Assembly: GCA_026770705.1 (NCBI GenBank)
Contig: JANJGN010000018.1
Coordinates: 51,584,001-51,648,000 of the forward strand
Reading direction: 5' to 3'
DNA from: Isurus oxyrinchus
Lineage: Eukaryota
Length of the DNA: 64,000 bases
The notes below the pieces were generated by a model. It did no database searches. It had not been told where the DNA came from and worked only from the letters and a program-made list of their open reading frames with translations. A program made the position numbers and the translations under genes. Positions 50,745 through 64,000 of this stretch are shown piece after piece. Each line of letters opens with the position of its first letter. Within the stretch, counting starts at the first letter, position 1.

Positions 50745-51834
50745 ATGGCTGCACCCATGTGATACATCAGAAGTCTGCGGACATATGAGAGAGTTCAAAA
50801 ACCACTTGATTTATACATTGAAAGAATGGACACGTGTTTTAGAAGTAATAACATTTTGGAACGTAAAGATGAAAATGAAGAGGTCAAAACTCAGGATAAG
50901 GTAATTCTTTAGTGGAAGTTGGCTTGGAAGTGCTTGATATGCTAACAAACCTTCTTGCTCCCAACAAGGTAAAAGATGCACCATTCAAAACAATCATCAC
51001 TAAGTTGGAGGACCATTTCAATCCTAGGCCACTAGAGATAGAAGAAAGTTACAAATTTGGAACCAGAAAACAGAAAAGTAGAGAAACAGTTGGTGAGTTC
51101 CTTGTGGCATTGAAGTTTATCTTGCTACTTTGGCACATTCTTAGATCATGCATTACAATACAGATTTATGTGTGGATTGGTGGCCTAAGGAATCCAATCA
51201 TTGTTAATAAAAACAGAAGATCTAACATTTGAATTAGTATGTAAGATTGCTCTTACCATGGAGATGGCATCAAAGAATGCTAAGGAATTTCATCCTAGCA
51301 AGCGACTAGTGCAGTTTCTGTCCACTGCTTTTGCCAAGTCAGATGGCTTTCGCCAAGCCTGAAATAGGGACACCTGGTCAGAAGAGTACTGGTGGTAGTA
51401 TTTTAGTGCCTTGTTTAGTGCTGTAAAGGCAACCAAAAAGCACAGACATATTAGTGTAGAAATGCAAAATGCTTTAATTGCCAAAAGATAGGCCATATCG
51501 CAATTGCTTGCTGAGTGAAGGCCAAAGCAGAGAAGAGAACCCATTGCAGTGATGATGGAAAACAACATCTTCACAAGAAGGAGTTCACAATCTTGAAGTG
51601 AATCTAGCATGTTTAAGTGAAGAGGAGTTAGGGCTGTATAGTATTTATGTCACTAGCAATCATTCAAGTAACAGGTTTTTGTACAAAGATATTGTAAATC
51701 AACAGTATATCAACATGCACATTGATATGGCTGCAGATTGTTCCATTGTGAGTACAAATTCACTGATGTATCTCTAACTGAGAGCACAGTTCCGTTAAAT
51801 ACCTACTCCAGTGAGAGGTTAGAACAGTGTGCAC
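50745..51834 (+). mobile_element. Gypsy LTR retrotransposon A: gag/protease remnant, split by element B
   Basis: LLAPNKVKD..FK.II.KLEDHFNPRPLEIEESYKF..RKQ...ETVGEFLVALK (gag) and MHIDMAADCSIV (protease-like). YSSERLE.. appears to resume as ECNVQ at 58661. Confidence 0.75.
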
Positions 51835-54800
51835 TGTAGAATAAAGGGTTATTGGTTATATTAATGAGACAAAGATATTAATGAGGATATAAGCATGACA
51901 TCAGGGTCAGATGACCAAGAGGCTCCCAGAGAGCAAGAAACAGAATGGCCTTTGTCCATTGAACCATGTACTTACCATGAGGTCTTTGTGAATATTGGTT
52001 TCAAGAAAAACTATATACTAACTATCTCCAAGTCACTCCTGGAATAAGTGAAACCTCATAAAAACACGGTGGTAATTCATAACATGGTGGCAGCTTGGAG
52101 GCTGCAGTTTAAGAAATCGAGACCACAGATTGGTAACCCACAGTTGAAGACATCTCGACTTCACAACATAGAAGTACAAAACTGCAATTTACCTTGGTAG
52201 GGGCCAGTGAACCACACACAATGTCAGCAGCCATTGAACAGCCACTACCCCTTCCACAGCCTTTCCAAAACATTAAGGTTCTACAAAAAGGACAACGAAG
52301 GTACTGACCAGCTTGAGGCTTACAAAAAAAAGACTCAAAAACAAGAGGCCTATACCCTTTGTATTGGGGCCCTAGCCAATGATATCCTGGTGAGATAAGG
52401 AATTGAGGAGACGTCAGCTCCTACGATGCGATCATGAGGGCCTTCGATAATTACTTCAGCCCAAAGAAGAATCTAGTCATTGAACGATAGAGATTCAACC
52501 AGAGGGGCCAAAAGCTATGTGAATCCATTGCTTCATTTATTAATGACTTGTATGGACTGGCCAGTAGTTGTGGCTAAGGGGCTTTAAAGCTTGAGTTAAT
52601 TTGCGACCATATCGTAGTCAGTGTGATCGATGATGCGCTGTCAGACCTTTAGCAAACCAAACAGGATTATGTTAGAGAAGGATAATGAACAGCTTGTAAG
52701 ACAGGCGGAGCTGTGACAGCAGAATCACAGCCTACTTCGGGGAGACATTGAGGCTCGGGAGGGGGTACATGCAGTATGTAGGCCAAAGTCGGGACCCCTG
52801 CCTACTAGGAAGTTCATGAGAAAGCCTACCAAAACTGCTGAAGTGTCCAAGAGAACCCTTCCACCTATATTAAAATGTTCCAGATGTGGCACCAAAAAAC
52901 ACCACCACCACAGGAAATGCCCAAGGGGAGCCAAATGCTTTCTTGGTGGCAAGCCCGGACATTTTAAACAATTCTGCAGATTTAAAGCACATTTTAAGGG
53001 AAGAAAGCTGGAGCAAGCTTCCAATCATTTTGAAGTCCAGGAAATTGGAAATATAGCATTCCAACCTGATTTCCTAGGAGAAATTAAAGAGCCCAATAAG
53101 CAGTTCTGGTCTGTAGAGCTGGAAGTCCAAGAATGCAAAACAGAATTTAAACTGGACACGGGGTCAGGGATGACAGTCTTATCAGACAAATTGGACTGGC
53201 TTTAGGCCTGGTTTGAAGAAGTGGAAATACCTCCAACTAACATAAAGCTCACAGACCTCAAAGTGAAGGGTCAGGTCACTACAACCCTTAGGTATGAAGG
53301 TAAAGAAATTAACAAAACTCTTCATATATTAAAGAACCAGCCAATTTCTATGCTTAGTGGGTCAGTGTGTTTAGGACTTGGTCTTCGACAGAAGGCTGAT
53401 GAGCTAACAGTAGAGGACAATGCAGCAATACTCAGGGATGAATTTCCAAAGTTATTTCCAGGTCTGGGAAACCTCAAAACTGCAGCCAAAATTGAAGTTG
53501 ACTCATTATGCAATGAACCAGTCTTTATTGCAGAAACACCATCCACAGGACAACAGGAGGAGATTGCAAATCTCTCACTTCTCTTTGAAGACAAGCTAGA
53601 AGAAGCAGAAACAGTACTGTACTAAACAAGATGGTAACCATCCACTAGAGGAACTTCTAGATCTTGGTTGACTCTTTTGGGACAGAATTCAAGGGAATGA
53701 AGCCATTGCTGAAGTAGATGATCTGTTGGAAGAAGAGGTCTTAGATCTTACTATGCTCTTTGACTCTTCAAGTCTTTGTGTCTCTTTTGAGAACCATCCT
53801 TTTGTTGAAGAAAGCAATGAAGAGGTGAATTTGTTTACTTATTCCACTGAGTCCACCGATGACATGTATCAACAATTGCAAACATACAGCAGGAAGCTAT
53901 CCAAGGAGAATGAAGTGCTTAACTCCATGGGTACAGGCACACAGTACTCTCAATGTGCTGTGAAATAGAGTGTGATGATGTTGGGAGGAGTTCCTGATGT
54001 CTTCATGCCGCATCGTGATATTTTGGTGGGTGGGTGTGGCTGAATGTCGGTAGCCTGTCCAACATAAGCTAAAGGGGCAATTCATCCAATTAAAAAGGCA
54101 ATATACTGCAATTTCAAGCACCCCATGCAGTTAAATGGTCAGTGCATGGGCTGGACAGGCAGGTGGGGAACGCACAATTAGGATTTTCTAAACGCTATGT
54201 GGGGTATAAGGCCGAGGATGGAACAAAGAGTGTGGAGGTAGGAGTAAACATTTCTTGTTTAAGTCTGGACTTTGATTGCTCTGTGAAACAGATTACTCAT
54301 TTTTTTCTGAGGTAAGGAGGCTTCTGTCTTTAAAGAGCCATTTATAGACTGGCCATAGCATCACTAAGTCAGCACCTCAGCAATCCAATGGTTTAAAAAT
54401 GGGAATTGTTCTGTCAGGTGGAGGCTCTTCTTCAGATGAGGAGGAAAGGGGAGATGAGCTGGCCTGAGACATCATCAGCGTGTCTACCCACAAGACTAAG
54501 TAGCACGCCCTGAAGAGGATGAAGGCCAGCGAGGCTCACAAAGGAGGAGGAGCCAACAGAGACACCATTACCCTGCGGGAAGAGTATACAGAGTTAGATC
54601 CAGCTGTCTGGACATGACCAAGGTGCCGTGCAGAAGAAGAATCCACTGCCTCTCAAGGAAGACGGTGACTTCCATCCGTGAAATGACTAGGCCTGAGATA
54701 GCACCCAGCTGTGTTGAGTGGCATACTGTGCCTGTGGTTCTGCCTCGGGGTCCTTCCAGGACATCTCAGCAATGTGTCACAATCTGCAGCACACAGCTGT

Positions 54801-57800
54801 ATAAAGTTTGTGATGCATGCACTCTCCAGAAAGGTGAATATCTTTATACATTTCAGGACAGATATGGATAGCCAGGCAGAGCGTGCAAGAGGATTGGCAG
54901 TTATTGCAGGCTTCCCAAAGATTCAGGCTCAATTGATTGCACCATGTGTTGATCAAGGCACCTGCTGGAGAGCTAGTGGCCTTTGTGAATAAAGGCTTCC
55001 ACTCACTCAGTGTCCAGCTGGTGTGTGATCACAAACAACAAATCCTCCAGGTTTGTGTGAAGTATGCTGGGAGTTGCCATGACCCTTATATTCACCGGCA
55101 CTCCCAGATTCCAATGCTTTTCATCCCCCCTACATGATTGGATGGCTGGCTGGTGGGGGATAAAGGATACCCTCTAAAAAGATGGCTCATTACAGCTTAA
55201 AGATATCATCAAATTCCCGCTGAAGAGAGGTACAGCTGAAGCCATGACTCCACAAGGGTCATAATCGAGAGGACGATTGGACTGCTCAAAATAAGGTCCT
55301 GTTGCCTGTACTGGTCTGGGGCTTCTATTCAATATGCTGCAGATTGCGTGTCACTTGTTGTGTGTTGTGCCCAGCACAATCTGGCTCTCTCTCGGGGAGA
55401 TCAGATGGAGGGATACTGCGAAGTAGAGCCGCAAATGTTTGAGGATGGATCCAACACAGACTCTGAGCAAGAGCCTGCACAGCCACAGGGGCATGTTGAG
55501 GAGCCAGCAGGACAACAACTTTTGGGAGTAAGGAACACGAGGGTAGCTCTCATTCAAAGGAGCTTTCAGTTAACTTAATGAAATATCAAATTTCAAAGTG
55601 ATGTGGGACAACAATACATAAGTCACACAGATAAAGATTTCACCTGTGATTGCCTTAAACCGTTTATGAGGGTTTTGTCTTGATGCTCCCCCATTGCTGG
55701 CAGCTGCATTAAAGGCGGGCTGCTGATTCAGATGCCCCATTGGCCTGGATGACCTTGGCAGGCATCCTCTGGTTGCCGGAGGCTGCGAGGGCCTCGACTG
55801 GGTAGGAGAGTCTGCCCAGTGGTGGGACACTCCTCGGTCAACGTGGACTCTTCAGACAATACTGTCACTGGCAGAGGGCCGGAGGAGATGCTGTCATCAT
55901 CAGAAACACCCTGAGAGGAGCTCTCAGATGCAGAGAGCTACCACTCATCCACCAACATGAGATTTGCTTGGACCTCCCGGCTCACCGTAGATGGACAAGA
56001 AGGTAGCAGAGACACCAGCTGCCTCATCCATCCCTCACACTGCGGGGTCACTGTCAGTGTGTGGGCTTGCAGGCCTGAACGCAACCTCAGAAACCCTTGA
56101 TTAAGCTGCTGGAGCTGCCTGTCCATGAGAGTTGCCAATCTTTCAATGGAGGATGCTGTGCATTCAGAAGAGAGGGTGACCATAGCACCCATGCCCTGCG
56201 TGGGCTCGCATACCATCTGGAAGCTCCGCAAGGTCTCCACATACCTTCCACTGGACATCCAGCATTTGGTGCCTGATGGATGACTTCAGAGGCTCAGAGT
56301 CTGCCTAAAACTCAGCATCTTCCTGGTCTCCAACACTCCTCTGACTGTCAGAGGCCTGGGAACTCTCAATCTCTGCCATCTGCTCAGGTGAATGTAATAT
56401 GCTTCCTCCAATATGTGCTACTGTCTGTACTGATGCACTCAACCCTGTTGAGGTGCCAGTATCTGAGGTGGCATGAAGTGCGGAGTGAAGATGTGACACA
56501 GCAGCATCTGAAGGTCTCTCCTCCTGAGGTTAATGGTGGATCATCTGGATCTTCAATTAGTGTGGATGATGATCCATCTGATGGATGGAAAACAGCAGTG
56601 AGAATACGGGCATTAAATAAGCAGAATAAATAGCTGCTGCTACATTCTGCACATGAGCATTGTGCAATTCCAACATATACTAATGCAAGAACACAGAGGA
56701 ACAGAGGAGAGATCCTTGAACCCCTTGCCCCTGAGCCCTCCATATCTGAAGCCCTCTTTCCATTGAAAGTGTATCCTCTTCACTCTCACCCTCCTCATAA
56801 ACCCCGCCTCTCCTCCACCAGCAGATCTCACCTCCTGCTTGCACGCCAACTCTAGAATGACTTCCTCCATCGGTGTCAGCATTGCCAAATTTGGTACTCC
56901 ACCACCTTTACTGTTGTATTCCAGCACCATTTGTTTCCTCTTCTTCTGTGAAGACAAGAGCACATTACAGAGTCCCTATTCTATATGGTTGAGGTGTAAA
57001 TGCTCCTTCCCAAATTTGCTGGTCCATGCGTGTAACACATCACAGCACCTATCCCTTCTAGGTGCGCCTGCCATCCTATTTAGTCCTAAACAGCCTGGCT
57101 GGGCACAGGGCTCCTTTGCACCTGGGGCTGATCATGTCCCACCTTCCAGCCCCACCAAATGCATGCCCACACATATACATTCATTCAAGATGTGAATTCC
57201 CTACCTTACTCACCCTTGCAGAACGGAGAAGGTCATTCACCCTCTTCTGACACTGCACCCAGTGCACTGCTCACTATCGCCGCCATCTCTGTCCAGGCTC
57301 TCTTGGTTAGGTGTGGAGGCTTCCACTCACCATCACCCGGCAGCAGGGTCTCCTATCAATCACTGACTGGCTGCAGGAGGGCCTGCAAGCAGTCATCAGA
57401 GAAACGAGGGGCTGTTTGCATGTGGACATTTCCATTGCCACCAGCCTGGTTTTGTCCTCTGGTTGTCATGTCTCAAATCCCTCAACAATTTAGTCCTGCC
57501 TGTGCTGCAGGATAGCAGAAATTGATCACCTCTGAAGAGGGTCCTGCCACTGCATAAAGTCTTAACTTTGTCCCCTAAGTCTCCCCAATGTTCTTCCTGG
57601 TGTCCTTTTAAATGTACCCCCCACCACAACCCTCCCCCCCGCCCACCCCCGCCTGCAGTTGACTTCATACACTCAAATCTTCTTTCAGTAAAGAAGCAGA
57701 AACCCAAACTATAGGGCTTTAAAAAAAATAATTTATGCTATGTAGGCATTGCTGGCTAGGCCAGCAGTTATTGCTGATCCCTAATTGCCCTTGAAGGTGG

Positions 57801-58660
57801 TGGTGAGCTGCCTTCTTGAACCAGTTTAAAGCTGAAGGACTTTCATATAGATCCTGGTCCGGTGTTTTATTCCATTGTTGATGGTGCAATCCTACTTTCT
57901 CATGCTGACACTGTGATCTCAATGTCTACAGTGAAGCAGTCTCATGCTGAAGCAAATGTGGAAATGATACCACCACCTACAGCAAGTGAAATTCCTACCC
58001 CAAGAGTAGTATGGAAGTCTTCCTTTCCTCATATCCTGCAATGTCTTCAGGATGTTCTTCGTTCTTCTTTTCATCTACATGATTAATTCATGCCTCAGGT
58101 ATTAAATGCCTTTCTTATTTTCACAGCAGCAATGAATGATACAGCTTTGATGTTCTTCATTGGAGTCAAATGTGCTTCATTTTCTCAAGCTGGTGCTTTC
58201 ACCCTTCCCCAGTGTGCAAAGCAGAAGAAAATTACAGAGAGAATTTCAGTTTATTGTCTTCCTTTTCAAGGGGTTGTGATCAAGGGGAGGTAGGAGTTGG
58301 ATGGAAACTGTAAACAGGACATGAGGTCAAAGATGGTGAGAACATAATGTAAATAGTTTAACAAAATAAAGTAACAGTTTTGAGATTATACTTGGAGGAG
58401 ATGTAGATTTAAAGGGTTAATGGTTATGTTAATGAGACAATGTGTTAGTGATGATGTAAACATGACATCATGCCAGATGACCAAGATGCTCCTAGGGAGC
58501 ATGATACAGAACAGTCTGTGTCCACAGAACCATATACTTACCATGAGGTCTTTGTAAATAGTGCAAATAAATAGTTTCAAGAAAAGCTATATACTGACTA
58601 TCTCCAAGTCATTCATAGAGTAAGTGACAACTTCTCAAAACATGGTGAAAACATGAAACA
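51835..58660 (+). mobile_element. Gypsy LTR retrotransposon B with both LTRs (51835-52084, 58402-58660), PBS, PPT and gag-protease
   Basis: Two homologous TGTAGA...AACA repeats of ~250-260 bp. PBS-like TGGTGGCAGC at 52085 and PPT GGAGGAGA before the 3' LTR. Knuckles CSRCG..H..C and CFLGGKPGHFKQFC, protease FKLDTGSGMTV, and RT start EFPKLFPGLG, after which the RT is lost. Confidence 0.85.
53960..57650. mobile_element. Harbinger transposon nested in Gypsy B (transposase + 54400-55572; Myb/SANT gene - ~55650-57440)
   Basis: Transposase motifs KGFHSLSVQLVCD, YAGSCHDPYI, WLVGDKGYPL, TRVIIERTIGLLK and CC.QHN. Myb exon 1 ends 57214 (|gtgagt) and exon 2 spans 56790-56945. Termini are eroded. Confidence 0.85.
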
Positions 58661-59849
58661 GAGTGCAATGTCCAATGTAAGGACACATAGAAAAATAGGA
58701 GCAGGTGTAGGTTATTCGGTCGTTTGGACATCATAGTCAAACCCATTTTACAAGATTAAATAGCAGTGACATGATATTAGAACCTATATCGATATTACTG
58801 GTTTGTTAACTTTGAAATTTCCAATGAGCCAATATTTATAATACATATTTTACATTCATAAACATTAGTTAAATCAGCTTTTTGACCACTTAGAGCACAG
58901 ACAAATACTATAAATAAATAGCAACCAGAGGAAATTTAGTGCCTTATGGTATCAATTTGCATAACAGATTTTCCTACATTACAATTGTGGCTACATTTGA
59001 AAAGTACTTCATTGACTGTGAAATGCTGCAAAACATTCAGTGGTCATGTTGTATAAATGGATTTTTTCATCTTTTAAATGAAAGAACCAGTGGCAGGTGA
59101 AGCATAGGTGTAAAATGTTAATAAGAGAAAAGAATGGGCAAACTACATACTCAGTGAATGGTATGAAAATAATTGGCTGGGGATGTTTCAGGCCACTACA
59201 GGGCATTAGCAACAAAGCAAATAAAATGCGGAATCATGTGATCAAAACAGGCAAGTTTAAGCTGGAGGGTGTCATTGCTAAAATTGTATGGTGCACTGAC
59301 TGCACCCAGCTGCTACATCTTATTCTGGTTACTGCGACACATCGTAGACTTCAAATGGCAGAGTGGTACAAGGAGCCATGAGATGGGCTCATACCAAGAG
59401 AAACCTGAGTTAAGAATAATAGCAGTAGAAAAAATAATTTTAATATGAGGCAATTAAAAGAGAACCCCATGGAGGAAAAAGTGAAGTTGGTGTTCTTTAA
59501 AAAAACCATAACAGTCAGACAAGTGGACATAGTTCGAGTTGGTAAAAGACAAATTTAGGACTAACAATAGAAATTTCTTTAGCAAGAAGTAATTAATTCC
59601 TGGCTTGGGCCTCTGATAAATTTATTATGGAAGAACCATTTGGTCATGTTATCAAAAATCAGAATATAATAGTCATTTCTATCTAATTCAAGAGGAGGTT
59701 TTCCCGATAAATGTGGATTAACAGAATCACAGAATCACACAGTGCAGAAGAGGCCCTTCGGCCCATCGAGTCTGCATCGACACATTCAGATTTACATAAA
59801 GCCTTGGAGTGCCTGAGCTTCCACTTCCGATTATAGCCTATAATGATAT

Positions 59850-60770
59850 CCTTAACTCATGTTTGAAGTCGGGATTGGCAGAATGCAGCATAAATTCAGC
59901 AAAGACTTAATTGCCCATCCCAAGCTACAGTTGAGAAGGTGATGGTGAGCTGCCTTCTTGAACTGCTGCAATACATTTCGTGTAGGTACACCCATAGTGC
60001 TGTAATGGAGGGAGCTCCAAGATTTTGACCTGGGGAGAGTGAAGGAACGGCGATATATTTCCAAGTCAGGATGATGACTGACTTGGAGGGGAACTTCCAG
60101 GTGGTTGTGTTCCCATCTATCTGTTGCCCTTATCTTTCCAGAGAGTAGTGGTCGTGGGTTTGGAAGGTAGTGTCTAAGGAAACTTGGTGAATTCCTGCAG
60201 TGCACCTTGTAGATATACACACTGCTGCTACCATGCGTCAGTGGTGGAGGGAGTGAATGTTTGTGGATGTGGTGCCAATCAAGCTTTGGGGAGTCAGAAG
60301 GTGAGTTACTCATCACAGGATTCCTAGCCTCTGACCTGCTCTTGTAACCATTGTATTTATATGACTATTCCAATTCAGTTTCTTGTCAAAGGTATCCCCC
60401 AGGATGTTGATAATAGGGGATTTAGTGATGGTAATGCCATTGAACATCAAGAGGCGATGCTTAGATTCTCTCTTATTGGAAATGGTCATTGCCTGACACT
60501 TGGGTGGCACAAATGTTACTTGTCACTTGCCAGCCCAAGCCTGGATATTGTCCAGGTCTTGCTGCATTTGGACACGGACTGCTTCAGTACCTGAGAACTC
60601 ACAAATGGTGCTGAACATTGTGCAATCATCAGTGAACATCCCCACTTCTGACCTTCTGATGGAAGGAAGGTCATTGATGAAGCAGCTGAGGATGGTTGCG
60701 CTGAGGCCACTATCCTGAGGAACTGCTGCAGTGATGTCCTGGAGCTGAGATGACTGACGTCCAACAACTT
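59850..60770 (-). mobile_element. CR1/L2-like LINE 3' fragment (partial second copy at 61297-61545)
   Basis: Motifs VPQDSGL..TILSCFINDLPS..RSEVGMFTDD, QQDLDNIQAW and KCQAMTIS. Confidence 0.85.
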
Positions 60771-62494
60771 GCATCCATTATAAAGTAACTTTGGCACCAG
60801 ATTTTGTGTTAAGAATAAATGAGTCTGACAGTGCTCACTGTTATTGTGGAATAATTCGGACATCCACTTCCAAGGAATAAAAATGTTAAACATGGAAATC
60901 AGGAAGCCACTATCTGAGTTGCCAGGCTCCTCCAAAAGGTGTGCTGCCTTGATAGCTCAAATAGCAACTCACCATTGATATACATGGAATGGCAGGAAGT
61001 TGCTGTGCCTCCTGTGACAGGTCACCACTAAAGACATCAGAAAAAGTTAGCGTTTGCCCATCCTGGTGTAGGTAAATTTTTAATTGTATGATAAGTCTTA
61101 AATATTTTGAAACAACATATCTGGCACTGAAAATTTTACAAGTGTGGAGTAACATTCTTTCTCATTTTAATTATCATTGGAAATTTAAAAAACTAAAAAA
61201 GTGCTTACGAACTTTGTCTTTCTGTTACTTATACCTCTCTCTCTTTAATCAAATCTTTATTTTCCTTTCTTTATTTCACTTTCTGTACATGATTTCCGAG
61301 TCAGGATGATGAGTGACTTGGAAGGGAATTTCCAGGTGGCGGTGTTCCCATCTATCTGTTGCCCTTGTCCTTCCAGATGATAATGGTTGTGGGTTTGGAT
61401 GGTACTGTCTAAAGAGACTTGGTGAATTCCTGCAGTGCAACTTGTAGCTGGTACACACTGCTGCCACTGTGTGTCGATGGTGGAGGGAATGAATGTTTGT
61501 GGATGTGGTACCAATCAAGCTTTGGGGAGTCAGGAGGTGAGTTATTCAAATAATATTACTGAATAACATATTCCTGGTTTAGATTACATGGGTCTCATTA
61601 AGAATTCTGCATCTGGTTAGTTTAGGAAATAATCTTATTAGTATCCTGTTCACACAGGTCTCAAGTCCCTATAGAGGGCACTGTGCTGACATCGATTCCG
61701 AATCACAGCCAATTCCAATGCAAAATCTCATAGAAAATCCGTAGATAATTATAAATGTAATGAATGTTTGTTGCCTTCCTTTTAACACTGACCACAATAT
61801 CTAAACTATTATATAGCCCTATAAAACTTTTATAGCTCTTTAAATATTTATTTTTGGATTTATTCCTTGGAATTTGGGGTTTTGTATTGTTTTGCTGATA
61901 ATATCCTTGTCGGTCTCAATTAAACAAGCTCTGAAAAAGTAAAAAACTTTATTAGAATGTGCAAAGTAGTCCAGCATGCTGTGCTTTAGCATGTTTCCAG
62001 TGACTGAGTATTGAGAAAAGGGGAAGCTTTATTTCTCTGTGAGCAAAATGAGAATAACAATGAGAACCAGACACCTAGTTAAGGAGGCAGTTGCTCAGAC
62101 ACCATTCGCTGCAGTAAGAGCTAGCATTGAGATACTGCTAAGGCAGTCAGGATTATGGAAGCTAGTCAGTCTGTGTGACCAATGCTTTTAAAATTCTATG
62201 GACAAGAATGGAGTTGAAGGCTGAAAGATTAGTAACTGGGTAAATACCGCAATATGTGTCTTTCACAACGTGCACAAATGTATATTATTACACATTGATG
62301 CAGTACAAGGTGCTCCAGAGAACTGGATAACTATAAATGTTACACTCTTATTAAAGAAAAGGTATAAGGATAAACCCAGTAACCATGGGCCAGTCAATGT
62401 AACCTTGGAGGCGGAATAGCTTTAAAAAATAATTACTCGGGACAAAATGAAAATTCATTTGGACAAATGCAGATTCAGCAATGCCTTTTTAGAC

Positions 62495-64000
62495 TATAAG
62501 ACCATAAGATGTAGGAGCAGAAGTATGCCATTCGGCCCATCGAGCCTGCCCTGCCATTCAATGAGATCATGGCTGATCTGATAATCCTCAACTCCATTTT
62601 CCTGCCTTTTCCCAATAACCTTTGATTCCCTTACTGATCAAAAATCTGTCTATCTCCACCTTGAACATACTTAACAACCCAGTCTCTACAGCCCTCTGCG
62701 GGAAAGAATTCCACAGATTGACTACTGTCTGAGAGAAAAAATTCCTCCTCATCTCAGTTTTAAATGGGTGCCCCCTTACTCTGAGATTATGCCCTCTGCT
62801 CCTAGGCTCTCCCACAAGGGGAAACAACTTCTCAGCATCTACCTTGTCAAGCCAACTAAGAACCTTATATGTTTCAATAAGGTCGTCTTTCATTCTTCTA
62901 AACTCCAATGACTACAGGCCCAAACTACTCAACCTCTCCTCATAAGAAAATCCCTCCATACCTGGGATCAACTTAGTGAGCCTTCTCTGAACTGCCCCCA
63001 AAGCCAGTATATCTTTCCTTAGATAAGGGGACCAAATTGTTCACAGTATTCTAGGTGTGGTCTAATTAGTTCCTTGTATAGTTTTAGCAAACTTCCCTAT
63101 TTTTATATTCCATTCCCTTTAAAATAAAGGCCAACATTCAACTTGTGTTCCCTATTGCCTGTTAAAGTTTTATGTTAGCTTTTTGGGATTCATGCACAAG
63201 GACTCCCAAGTCCCGCTATGCTGCAGCCTTCTGCTGTCTTTCATCATCTAAGTAATATTCAGCTCCTCCATTTTTCCTGCCAAAGTGCATAACCTCACAT
63301 TTTCCCACATTTTATTCCATCTGTCAAGTTTTTGCCCACTCACTTAACCTGTCTATATCCCTCTGTAGACTCCTTGTGTCATCCTCACCACTTGCCTTCC
63401 CACCTATTTTTGTGTTATCCACAAACTTGGAGATCATACATTCACTTCCCTCATCTAAGTCATTAATATATATAGTAAATAATTAAGGCCCCAGCACTGA
63501 TCCCTGTGGCACTCCACTAGTTACAGGTTGCCATGCCGAAAATGCCCGCCTTATCCCAACTCTATCTTGTATTTGTTAGCCACCCTCTATCCATGCTAAT
63601 ACACTACCCCAATATCATGGGCTCTTATCTTATTAAATAGCCTTTTGTGTGGTACCTTATCAAATGCCTTTTGGAAATCTAAATATATTATGTCTACTGG
63701 TTTCCCTTTATCTATCCTGCTTGTTACCTCCTCAAGGAATTCTAATAAATTTGTTAGGCATGATGGGCCCTTCATGAAGCCATGCTGACACTTCTTGATT
63801 AGATTATGTATTTCTAAATGCTCTGCTTTAACATCCTTTATAACAGACTCCAACATTTTCCCAATGAGAGATATTAAGTTAACTGGCCAATAGATATCTG
63901 TTTTTTGTCTCCCTCCCTTTTTGAATAAGAGTGTGACATTGGCTGTTCTCCAATCCTCTGGGACTTTTCCAGAATCTAAGGATTCTTGGAAGAATACTAC
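62495..64000 (-). mobile_element. Relatively young CR1 LINE (RT to 3' end), continuing beyond the window
   Basis: Motifs QHGFMKG.SCLTNLLEF, IYLDFQKAFDKVPHKRL, SRGHNLRV and RRNFFSQ.VVNLWNS.P, plus a CR1 3' tail. Confidence 0.93.

Overview
Eukaryotic, repeat-dense vertebrate DNA, most likely from a cartilaginous fish (shark). This is inferred from a Deu-domain SacSINE-like SINE, CR1 LINEs, Penelope-like elements (PLEs) and many Harbinger transposons. Most ORFs in the track are spurious or transposon remnants. One host gene can be assembled by hand on the minus strand (~5.1-28.9 kb): six frame-compatible GT-AG exons encode a ~272-aa type I membrane protein (leader, one CD2/SLAM/CEACAM/HEPACAM-like V-set Ig domain, glycosylated stalk, TM, Tyr-motif tail with EDVYESM, SYDN and NVYSM). 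Its 5' end lies in a CpG-rich region. Mobile DNA: four degenerate Harbinger elements (HARBI1-type transposase and/or spliced Myb/SANT gene; one complete with TIRs and a 3-bp TSD), two Harbinger MITEs, a Gmr1-type Gypsy fragment, a nested Gypsy/Gypsy/Harbinger stack and many CR1 fragments. There is also a young GIY-YIG PLE family whose terminal repeat carries a minimal type I hammerhead-ribozyme motif with a core variant (CUGUCGA); it has also produced ~200-bp palindromic mini-insertions with 13-14-bp TSDs. An isolated LRRC47 5' pseudogene fragment lies at ~35 kb. All calls were made by eye, without database searches.
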